Assembly (NCBI GenBank): GCA_951804945.1
Contig: OX638150.1
Span: 70,308,001 to 70,372,000 of the forward strand
Source of the DNA: Podarcis cretensis
Lineage: Eukaryota
DNA: 64,000 nucleotides
Reading direction: 5' to 3'
A program made the position numbers and the translations under genes. The notes below the pieces were generated by a model. The model did no database searches, was not told the origin of the DNA, and saw nothing but the letters and a program-made list of their open reading frames with translations. Below are positions 11,001 to 23,000 of this stretch, piece by piece. The number at the start of each line of letters is the position of its first letter. The stretch's first letter is position 1.

Positions 11001-14000
11001 GAGGGCAAAATGTGCTGTATATGGGAAGATTGAACGCCATTACTGGTTGCTAGATTGTTTTCTCCTTTTTTGTGTAGAAGAAAGCGTGGTGAGAAGGGAG
11101 AAGTGGTAGAAACTGTGGAAGATGTAATTGTGAGAAAACTGACAGCAGAACGGGTTGAGGAGTTAAAGAAAATGATTAAGGAGACACAGGAAAAGTACAG
11201 GTACCTATCAGATTTTTTGGAGTCTGGAGCTCTTGAAAACCCTGGTTGCTTCAGGGCATGTGAATAATGATAACGTGGATCAAACCTATTTGTGTTGTCT
11301 CTACAGGCAACTGAAGAGGGATGCAGAACTGATCCAGGCAGGGCACATGGACCATAGGCTGGAGGAACTGTGCAATGACATTGTGGTGTGGGTTATCTTA
11401 TTATTTCCCTGCTACAGCTTTTCTTTCTTTCTGGGACTTCATATCCGAGCTCTCAGATTTAGTTCTTAGCATTGCAACGAAATGATTGAACTTGACCCTT
11501 CTTGGCTTTATGGCATCATTACCCCATGTGGTGTAATTGCCCAAGCTTTGTAGCATTTGCTCACTTTCTCTCCCTCATCCCATGGCTTGCAAGGCCTTGT
11601 GGGTTTTGAAGTAGAGCTTTGAGGGCATTCTTGGGGAATGGTCCTGATATCTGGCTTGACATTTTTAAGGTCTTGGCAGAAAAGCCTGTCTCAGGGCTTA
11701 ATTGTGAGCAGTTACTTATTATATTAGGGACCGTGGGATATCTGTCTAACACATCCATGGGAAGCACCTCCATTTTGTACCCAATAGCCTAGTGTAACAT
11801 TGAACTTGGTTATTTTTTTCAGGAAGAAAAGAATGGAAGAGGAGGAGGCAGAAGTGAAGAGAAAGGCTACAGATGCTGCTTATCAAGGTTAGTTGGAAGC
11901 CAGTTTATGATCCCATAGAACCAAACTCCTGGAGGTGAACATGTTTAGTGGTGCAACTGAGCTGAGAGGAAGAAAGAGGTCTACAGGTAGATGGATTGGG
12001 TCAGCCTGATTTCCTCAGTCTTTCCTTTGTGAAGTGGAAGACAGTGTATGATTTTCAGAAGCCTCTCCCTTCTTCAAAGACTGTTCTCAGTATTAGATGC
12101 CAGGTTATGGTGCAAGAATCCTGAGGGAAGGCAAAATGCCAGAGAGATTCTTCTAAGAGAAAAAGAGATGAAGTAAGAAAGCTGCTGGATTAGTGATGGA
12201 TAAGCCACTGAGGAAGAATTTGCTACCAGTTACATATTCTGATTCTTTATGCTGGGAGAAACGGCAGGAATTCATTAGCACCAATAATGTTTGTGATGGT
12301 GTTTTGGGGATCATTACATCTTGTGCTGAGATTTCTTATTTATCAAGGTGATTCTTTGAACTTCTTGACTGAATTTTCGGCATTTTCCAGCTCGTCAGGC
12401 AGTTAAGAACACATCACGAAGACCTCCAGGAATTATGGTCCGTTCTCCTGCAGGCTCAACCTCACCAGGAGCAGACTACAGTCTGGGTGACTTATCTCAA
12501 CCCACGTTGGAAGAGGCTAGTCCAGGGGTAAGGATATGGCAAGAATGAGAAACCATTGAGACCCTATAGGTCTCTCTGCAGTTTTCCCAGACTTCTTGCC
12601 CCCCCTTTTTTTTCTTTTATAATGTTGATAGCTTGCATGCAACCTTTTCCAGAGAACAAAGCCTGCTTTGTGCTGTGTGACAAAAGGTTGAAATGCACTT
12701 TGGTGGTAACTGCTAGTGTAGGTCTGAAAAGGTGGAGGTACACAAAGGGCTGAGGGGAGCAAGAGTGATGGAGGAGGTGCTTGGGGTATGCTTGGTCATT
12801 GGCCCCGGTGGGAGGGGTGATTGGGACTTGTCAGGATGATGAGGATGTGGCATTGAACAGTGTGGTTTTTCTCTTTCTCAGGTAACTCCAGGGACATTGC
12901 CCAGCACCCCAGTTGCCTCCTTCATTGGGATCCCTGACACCCCTATGGGCTCCACCTCCCTGGATGCCCCCATGACCCCAGTCACAGATGATTCAGCCCA
13001 GAAAAAGATGCTAGGACAGAAAGCAACTCCGCCTCCTTCTCCTCTGCTTTCAGAGCTGCTGAAGAAGGGCAGCCTCCTGCCCACAAGCCCCAGGCTGGTA
13101 TGGAGTTCCCTGCTTACATATGCAATAGTCCTGGTGAATCTCTGTGACTGACTTTCACTGGAAAGGGCAAAAGGCCCAAACATTTTTGTTTGAGCAAAGG
13201 GGGAAGCTTAGATAGGACTTAAATGCCACATGTTAATTTTGGCTGCTATATAGCAAATTTTCCAAGCTCCACAAAGCACTATGCATGCAGCATCGTAGTC
13301 ATTTATATGATAACCCTATATGGCAGGCCAGTATTATTATCTGCATGTTACAGCTGTGGGGGAGAGTGACTGTCCTAATGCTACCAAGTGAGTTCATAAT
13401 GCTAAGATGGCATTTGAACTGGGAATTTTTAGTTCATGAGTATACAGGGTTGAAGACCATACACAGCCGTATTAAGGAAATGCAGTTGCAGATTGGTTGG
13501 GATTTTTATTGCTTTTTAAAAGATTAATTGTTCTTAATGGTGATTGGTTGTTTCTTTAAAAAAATATTTATTATACTTAATATCTTGTTCTAACACGGGG
13601 CTCCCAGTGATTTCTCATCCAAGGTATTTGATCAGAACCACAATGGTTAGCCTCCAGTGCTTCAACATTAACTGCTTCCTGATCACTCACTGGACTTATT
13701 TTTAGTGTGGTTTGTTTAATAATTTAGTCCTAAATATGTTGTAAATCACCTCGAAGTATGAGGGAGGTGGGATAAAAATATTTTAAGTAAACATTGAGCA
13801 TACAAAAGAGGAGAAGGAGGCAACCAAGCTGCATACAGTGAAATTAAAACTCTGTGTGTGTGTGTGTACGTGCGTACACATGCAGAGAAAGAGAAACTAT
13901 TTTATTTAACAGAAATTATGTATCATTTACCCGAACTAAAAACACTTTTAGATGGTTTACAACATTAATGTCAAATAGACATGATTTAGTGCAAGAACTT

Positions 14001-17000
14001 TAGGCAACCACACACAATTACACAATAATTTGGATGTTTTGCATTGCAATCCCATGCACCCAGGTAAGTGTGTATGAGATGGCAGCCATAATGTATTTTG
14101 TTTTGCTCTCTTAATATATTTAGAGCTTGTTCACTGCCTGCATGTGGCGGGATCCCCAAAGAGCAGGGGTGTGTGAAGAAACTGTAGCCCTCCACATGTT
14201 GGACTCCAACCCACATCAGTCCCAGGCACATGACCAGTTGGGTTTGGGCTGATGGGCATTCTAGTCCAATAATCTCCAGAGGGCCACAGCTTTCCCATCT
14301 GTCTCATAAAGTCTGTCTTCTCTCACCACTGGTGAGTGTGCATGGGCAGGTGGAATGGACACTATGTGGAATGGGTAGATTTGCAGCCATATGGGGATCC
14401 CTTCATATGAGTAAGGTCATCTGGGATGTGTGTGACCATCTATGCAATGTAGTCTTTGTTTGCTTCATATACACCTTGGTTATTTTTTTCCTTCTCTCCT
14501 GTGACTTTTTAATACATAGTGTTTCATTTTATGTTTTTAGCATTGATTATATTGGGGAGGTGGGCTTGGAAAAAAATCTGTCTTATGTTTCCAAGGAAAA
14601 CTCTACAATTTTCTCCTTTTTGAGCTGATCTTTCCTGTCTGGCATTTCTAACAAATTAAGCCAAGCTAACCTGAATTTCTAGTCATGGATGAGAAGCAGA
14701 GTGTTATTTCTTTGGATGAGAATGAGGGAGTTTTTTGTTTTGGATTTTCCTTGCCTCTGTACTTGATTGACTTTATTTACTTGATTGACTTTATCCATGT
14801 TGCTGGCTCCTTGCTTAAATGCTACACGGGAGCAGCTGGAGCATCTCAGCGGAGCCAGCTGCAAGAACCTGAGTTAGTTTTATTGGTAGTACAGGCAAGA
14901 CCTTGTTGTATGTGGATAGCAGCGGGACAGTCTGTGTATTGGTTTTTAGTATGTGAATATCCTTTGGCAGGTGGGTGAGAGCGACATGACAGTAGTTTCT
15001 GGTCACACAAGCAGCTCAGGTCTCCTCCTGGAAGTGGGAGGGGTTCTTCCGGGGCTGCACAGTGGAGAAATGCAGTCAGCTTCAACTACGGTTCCTGCAT
15101 CTCCTGCTGCTTCAGGTAGGCCTATTCTGCTATTGTTGTGTTTTTCTCTCTTCTGCATTAGTATCCTAGAGTTGGAAGGGGCTTCAGAAGAAATCCACTG
15201 CTACAGTGTGTAATTTCTGGTCTGCCATTTGTGTTGAGAACAGCAGGGGGTTTGAGAGTCCTGTTTCAAATAATGTGAATAAATCAAGAACATATTCTAT
15301 GAAAGCTGAGACCTTGGAAGACCAAATATGTAATTTGCATGGCAAAGCCTTTAGTCAAAGCTTTGCTTGTATGTGTCGGGGCTTTGTGTGATGTTTGATC
15401 ATGTTACTTCGTGTTATGAATGTTATTGCCTTGATTCTCTTCCTTAAATCACTTTGTTCGCTTACTTCCCCTTAATCTCATGTTTAGCTTAATGTTCCTT
15501 TCCACTTCCTCCATTCTTTTGGTATGTTTGTTCTTGGTATGAGCTTTCGTGTGCATGGTATCTGAAGAAGCGTGCATGTACACAAAAGCTCATACCAAGA
15601 ACAAACTTAGTTGGTCTTTAAGGTGCTACTGGAAGGAATTTTTTAATGCACTTTTGTATGTATTTAACTGATAGCTTGAAACTTTTATCTGAGCCATAGT
15701 ATGTCCTTTTCCCTTGCTCCCCCTTTCCTCCCTCCTTCCCTATCTTTCCCCTGCCCTCATTGTTAAGCACCTAGCAGTAGGCTGGTGGTGGGGAACCTAA
15801 TTACATCCACAACCTCAGCAGTTAGCCCACTAGGTTGAGATCTACAGGTATACAGATTTAATAAATAATATTTTTTCCCTTGTTTTGACATCTTATGGCA
15901 TCAGGTGCAGGAAAGTTCAAGCAGGAAAAGTTTAATAATAATAATAAGAGGAGAAAAAGTGTGAATATATTCCTGAATCTTCCGTTGGAGCCGGGGTTTG
16001 AAGTTTGTCACATAATGTCCTACGACATCACCTAATTAACCCAAGGAGGCTCAGCCACTTTTGGATCCAGCTCTCCAGTGTGATCCAATTTCTCACCCCT
16101 TGTAGATGCAAAAGGATAATACAAACATAAAGATTGGTGCCAAGTGCAGCACAAAGTACCCTGAGAATCTCAACTTTTTTTAAAAAAGTAGTTTTCTGGC
16201 CCATTTTAAAACAATGTTAAAAGTGTAATTCCCGAGGAAAATGCAGGTGTTGGGGAAGTGATGTATTCTATACTGGTTGCAGAATTCACCTTCTCTTGGT
16301 CCAAATATTTCCAGAGCACTGTTAACATGGTGCATATACAGGCTTGGCTTCAGAGTTCTGCATCAGACTTTGTCTGCTCCAGCTCTGCTACATGACATAA
16401 GATCTTGATTGATGCCGAATTGCCTTCCTAGCTTGGTCCTCCTCCTCCTTTTTTAAAAAAGATCATTCTCGCAATGATAAACCTTATGAGGAAAAAAATT
16501 TGGGCTCTAAGTCTGCTAAACACTCCGGATTCAGCAGAAGACTTGTGTTGAGCTTCCATGAAAGGCCTTTTATACTTTACTAGCTCCCATGGCTCCAGAA
16601 TCCTGCTATCCCTTGGGCATTGTTGCTCAGCCCAAACTTTGCGGACTCCCTTCCTTCCCCTATCCGATTTCATCTATACCAAAATATTGTGAATTATGCA
16701 CACCTTTAAATACTGAAAATTGAATTTAGGTTTTGCAAATAAAGGGAAAGCTATGAAAACCTCCTATGATTTGTTCAGTGTACGAAAATGTTGTTTTGCC
16801 CCAAATTTGGATTTTTTCTAGTGGTATAAAATGCTGCCCTTCCTCTTTTAAAAGCACACAGTGATCCTTGCTTGTATATGCTCCTGAGCCCTGCTAAGTG
16901 AGTCCCAGGACAGCTCTCTGTGGTCCGTTTTGTGACTTGTGTCGGCGTGTGCAACCCTGGTGGGCATGAGCAGGTCAAGAGCCCAAAGATTGCTTGCTCT

Positions 17001-20000
17001 GTAGTATTCTGTAGCTTCTTAGCTAATGTGCTTTCCCCCTTCTTCACACTTTTGTTAGGTGCTCCTACACTTTCCCGCCTTTTAGAAGCTGGTCCAGCGC
17101 AATTCACCACATCGCTTGCTTCCTTTTCTGCTGTTGCCAGTGAACCTCCAGGCAAACTCCTGCCTCCCCCTGTAGAGTCCGTGTCTCAGGCAACTCTAGT
17201 CATGGTGCCCACGCTACAAGCACCAGCTGCTGTGCCACCCGCTGCAACTCCCGAAAGTGTAGCGACAGGTGCGTCCTTGCACTCGTATGCCCGTCCATGC
17301 CTTGCAGAAGACTTTCCCTCTTGGGTTCGGTAGAAGGTCAATGTGGATGCGGGCTGTGGGTGTCTCTAAAATCTGTAGCCGGGTGGTTGATTTTGGGATT
17401 CATTGTGCCAGAGGCCCAGTGTTGTTGAGAAGAGTCCCCCTTGTGTTTCAGGCAGGGTGCAGGAACTGATAAGGAAAGATGATCTGGGGTGAAGTTAGTG
17501 AGAGGGATAGAGCTAGACTCCGATGCTAAGAGATGGCTCTTGCTCTGACTCTTATAATTTGGGAGGGTGGGGGAAATAGGGGCCATCAGCCTGCATGTGC
17601 CTTTATTTGGGGGCTGTAGAATGTGTTTTGATTTTCTTGATCTGACCCATGCTGCTGGTTGCTGCAGCTGCCAGGCTTTCACTTGACTTGTCACTCTTGT
17701 CCAGTGAGTCAGCCCAACACCTGTGTTTCCATGGAGGCAGTGCCTGATCCTCACACTGTGACAGTGTCAATGGACAGCAGTGAGATTTCCATGATCATTG
17801 ATTCCATCAAGAAAGATTGCCTGGGCTCTGGGGCATCTGGTGCTGTAGGGACTTCCAAAGACCACAGCATGGATGGGAAGGAAGACCTAGATCTGGCTGA
17901 GAAGATGGACATTGCAGTTTCCTACACAGGGGAAGAACTGGACTTCGAGACTGTTGGGGACATCATAGCTATCATTGAGGACAAGGTAAAATTATCTAGA
18001 GGCTTGGTCATGCCTCTCATATCACATGAAACCATAGTTAAAATAAACTTCATTTGTTTTAAACAAGGGTTAAACCTTGCCAGGTTCAGGTGACACTACA
18101 GGGTATACCCTGGCTCAGCACAACTGGAGAGTTATGAGGCACCCACAATTTTAGCAGTGTGTAGTAGCATGCTGCTCGTTCATATTGTTTAAATTACTGT
18201 TTTAATGCGACACGTGAACTAGACCTCTACTCCCTCCCTGTGTTTGGCACCCTAGCCTGTTTAATAGATGGGATAGTGCAAGGGCTTTCTTTACATCTCC
18301 ATTGTTCTCATGGCCTCTGATTGTTGCCTGTATCGCTGTTGGTAAAGGTGGACGACCATTCTGAAGTCCTGGATGTAGCAGCAGTAGAGGCTTTCTGCGA
18401 TGAGATTGAGGATCCTCAGTCACTGACCGACCCCTGGGAGCACCCACTCCAACGAGAGCACCCAATCCAACAGGAGCACGAGAAGCAGAGTCAGATCCCC
18501 CCAATGGCTGTGACTGTAAAGCAGGAGAGACCAGACTGTGAGGAATCGGAGGCTAAGGGGATCAGAGATCTGATGAGCATTGGGGATCTGGGAACAGAAA
18601 TAAAGACGGAACCTTCTGAGCAGGGACAGATTCATCTGAGCCCTGAGGAAGCTTCAGCACTAGCAACCAGAACAAGTGAAGCCCCTGAAGATGAAGAGAC
18701 ACGGGTTGCTGGTCTGGAGTGCTCTGAAATGGAGATGGAATCATCAAAGGTTGAAATGGATCATGGCACAATGAAGACAGAGGTAAATCGATGAAGAGGC
18801 TTCTTGGATATAACATGAATGGGGAATCAGTTGATAGATAAGGTATGGGAGGAGAGAGGGAGGCCCCTAGCTTGAAGCTGTTTTTCAGACCTATGCTTAG
18901 TGCACAACAACAAGCAAAGTTGTTTGTTAGCCAAACTGACTTGACAAACGAACTGTATTCACTCTCTGAAATCTGTGCTTGGGCATTCTTAGATTTACCC
19001 CAAATAAAAATCTGGCATGTATAGATTATGCAAATTGCTGAAATTGGGGCAGGGGTTATGGGTATTCTTGTTTTGGTAGCCAGAAGGGAGTGGCAGTGAG
19101 TACTGAATCCCCGTCCCCAGTCCCTCGGGAAGGTTCTTCAACTATCCCTGTCACTTGGAAGACATTACCCACCATGTATATTGTGCAGTCGCCCTTTCTT
19201 TATCATTGAAATCTGGATTCACAGTTAGCTGAACACTTCATTCTCCAATTCTTTGTACTCGTGGGGCTACAGCATATACACAGTTTTAGCCATATGTTAG
19301 ATCCTTGGGGAGCCACTTGCTCAGGTATGCAGAGCTTTGCTGTGGATGCAGCTGTTGCGTTGTTCAATTGCTGTCTGCCTTTAGAGTCCTGATGGTATAA
19401 AATATGACTTAATGCTGAGTGGTGTAGGACGCTGGTCCTGTTGCTCATGTTAGGCCATTCTTTTCTTTCTAGCTTCCCCCTGATGATGATACTTCCTCCC
19501 CACATGCTCCAAGTGCAAGCGAAGATTCCTCACAAGCAGATCTTCACCACAAATATGAGCTTTCAGGTAACCGGACTGGCTTGGTGGGGAAGGGGCAGTA
19601 GTTGTGACACTGCTAGGGAGGGAGGCTGGTATCTGTGACTGTCTGAAATTATGGAGTAATTTTTTTTCCCTTTCCCCGCTCCCAGAATCAATGAAGGAAG
19701 AAGCCCAAGCTCTTTTTGAGAACCAACTGAAGGTATTTTATTTACCCTCAGATTTCTTGACTTACATGCAGAATGAAAGTAGTTGTCAGCTGTTTGCATC
19801 TGAGGCCATAGGTGGAGAATGCCAGAATTAATTTAGAGTGTGATCCCAATATATACCAGGTTCTCAAAAATTACAGACAAAAAGGAAAAGTTGAATTAAT
19901 CTTTCTGCAGGCAGAGATCCAGGCCTCCCTTGTAGCTATGCTATTGTGTGTTAATATTTATTCCTATCCTTTTTTTTCTGGCCAAAGACCCTCAAAAGAA

Positions 20001-23000
20001 TGAACAAAGTATTGTGTAACAAAATGCAATATAATTAATATCTGGCAGCAGGCTGCACTGGGTGGGGGAAAGTAGTGGTGCAGGGATTCAGGGCCGCTAC
20101 CAGCTCTGCTGAGAAGCTAGGCTGCTTCCTTCAGCTCACTTAGCAGCAGCCGTTAACATCCAACAGTGGGGGAGGAGGGGTGCAGGGCCATATCATCTGA
20201 GCAGCTGAGAGACCAGCAATTCTGGCACCTGTTCATGAAGTTTTCCACCCCAGCTGCCCACTGGAAGAATTTGAAATGAAGAACTTATACTTGAGCTTGT
20301 TTTTTCTTCCTCCCACCTAGTCTGTTTCCCTTTTGTGCTGTGTACCTCTAAATTGTAAGCCTGTGGGCAGGGTGTCTTTAGGGAGGTTGGGGTAGGGAGA
20401 GTCCTGTTGTAAAAGTGGAAATAATTGTGCTAATAGGATGAGGTACTATCCTTTGTCTTAAACATGTCAAAACCTGGCAACAATACCATCCATAGGTTTT
20501 AAGATGCTGGCATAAAATTACAGAAATCAAGGGGAAAGTAGCAGAAACTGAAAACCTCAATCGTTGAAAAAGTCTTGATGGAGAAGAGTGGGCTTTGCCA
20601 TCTGTCAAAAGTAGGAGAGGGAGGAAAATACACCTGCCTTTTGATAGAGGTGTCACTTCTGTGAAGGCCCTGTGACTTGGGGTGGGGGAAATGGGACAGG
20701 GTCCCCTCTGTAAATCTCAGCAAGCAGATAGACTCGTTTGGGGAAGTTAGTTGAAAGGCATTCTCCCTAATCATGCTTCCCTAGTATGCTAGGAGCAGAT
20801 GTTTGTTCATATAGCTTTTCCTTTTCCTCTGCTGTCCTCTTTGGCAGCTGGTGCAGATGCTGTTACTGGCAGCTGCACCTTAGTTGTGCTACTTGATTTG
20901 CTGGAATCTTAATCTTGTATCTAAGGGTGAAGAGGATGAGGAGGATGGTGCCAGTGAGGCTGCCAGTCTGGAAGAGCCCAAAGAGGAAGATCAGGGTGAG
21001 GGATACCTCTCTGAAATGGACAATGAGCCCCCTGTGAGTGAGAGTGATGATGGCTTCAGTATCCATAATGCGCCTTTGCAGTCTCACACTTTGGCTGATT
21101 CCATTCCCAGCAGCCCCGCCTCCTCACAGTTGTGAGTATTGGTGAACCTACAACTACTCACTAGATAGCCCAGAACATGCAACTAGCCTGCTGAAAGTTG
21201 AGACTAACTTTGTCCCTTTGTACAGTGGTATGTAGTGTGAATTAGCTGAGACCCATGCAATGTTATAGTCATCTTCTTCTTTTATTACTTCTTGGCTGTA
21301 TGGAGAAGCCTCAAGGTTAGACTTTTGCTTGCTAGGAGACCAGCAAACATTTCTTTTTTTTTCTTTTTTGTTAACTTAGATAAATTTGAAGTAGGAGGGG
21401 ATGGATGTTGGAGATCGTGGTTAGTTGCTAGGCCATAATCTGTATGCTTTGCTTTAGGAGCCTTTGGGTATCCTTTTCTGATAGATGCCTTTTTCTCTTC
21501 AGCTCTGTTTGCAGTGAGGATCAAGAGGCTATTCAGGCCCAGAAGATCTGGAAAAAGGCTATTATGTTAGTTTGGAGAGCAGCAGCCAATCACAGGTAAA
21601 TCAACTTGCATCCAGTGTCCAAGTATGTAGAACAGGAATGGGGAACCTTTTTGGCTCCATGGGCCAGATCTTTTATCAGGATCTGCCTTATGGGGCAAAT
21701 TTGACAGGTTGGCAGGGCTATCCACCTCTCAAAATCCCTTGTGCTTTGTGAGTCTTCCTGTACTCCCCCTTTTTAAGCTACTGATTGCAAAGGCTTAAAA
21801 TGGGAGCAGGAGGAGACTCAGAAACCCTTTTCCAAGTCTCTCTGCAGTTCCTATTCAAGCCTCCAAGATCGGGGACTTAAAAAGGGTGGAGATAGACTTG
21901 CAGAAGACTTTAAAACAGCGTCCACGTTCCTGTTTGAGTCTCGAGCCACAAATGGGAGTTCAGGAGCTATCCTAAAGTCTTTGAAGTAATTCTTGGGATT
22001 AAACTGCTGCCTTGACTGCGTGGACTAGTTCCCTGCTGGTATTGCGTAGCTAATGCAATCAACTGATGTCACCAGTGATGTAAGCTGATGGGTGTGTGGG
22101 TGGCCATGGTTTGGGAGAAATGACCTGGCAGTTCCTTACCCCAGTTCCAGAGAGACTGCTGTATGTGTCTGTTGTACTAACATTCTTTCTAGAAGAGGCA
22201 TTTCCTTGTGTGAGAGAGAAAGGGGAATGCCTCTTTTTAATAGAGTGTTTGCCATCTGCGGGACGCGGGTGGCGCTGTGGGTAAAAGCCTCAGTGCCTAG
22301 GGCTTGCCGATCGAAAGGTCGGCGGTTCGAATCCCCGCGGTGGGGTGCGCTCCCGCTGCTCGGTCCCAGCGCCTGCCAACCTAGCAGTTTGAAAGCACCC
22401 CCGGGTGCAAGTAGATAAATAGGGACCGCTTACTAGCGGGAAGGTAAACGGCGTTTCCGTGTGCGGCTCTGGCTCGCCAGAGCAGCGATGTCACGCTGGC
22501 CACGTGACCCGGAAGTGTCTCCGGACAGCGCTGGCCCCCGGCCTCTTGAGTGAGATGGGCGCACAACCCCAGAGTCTGTCAAGACTGGCCCGTACGGGCA
22601 GGGGTACCTTTACCTTTACCTTGCCATCTGCAGTCCTTTGAAGTACTTGCACTTAATTTTTTTTAAATCTCCCTGATTAATAGGGCATCTTTTTAGTTGA
22701 TTAAATGCGTAGATTAATATATTTTAAAACTTTTAATCAATTAAATGTTGCAACTCTAGGCATTTCCATGCAAGCCTTTAGTACAAAACCTGGCAAACGC
22801 CATGAAATTTTGAAAAACTAAGCTGTCAAATTGAAACATAAACCCTCAAAACATGCCAGGTACTGATGGCTATGGGAGAAAACTGAAAAGGTATTGAGTG
22901 ATCTTACCACATTCTTCCAAAACCAATGGGCATCTGCAGCAGAATTCTGGTAGCCTATCTTCTATGTTCAGCGGGTGTCATATCTTTGTGTGGTGCAATT

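Noticed and set aside
14760-14794. 18-bp tandem duplication TACTTGATTGACTTTAT(T)
   Set aside because: Two units only, intronic; ordinary slippage, with no CRISPR-like repeat-spacer structure.
14955-14970. ATATCCTT resembling a U12 intron donor
   Set aside because: It sits in the pyrimidine tract of a normal AG acceptor; the intron has an ordinary GT donor.
22260-22340. tRNA-like sequence with A/B boxes
   Set aside because: It is the head of the Sauria SINE, with no complete cloverleaf; not a tRNA gene.
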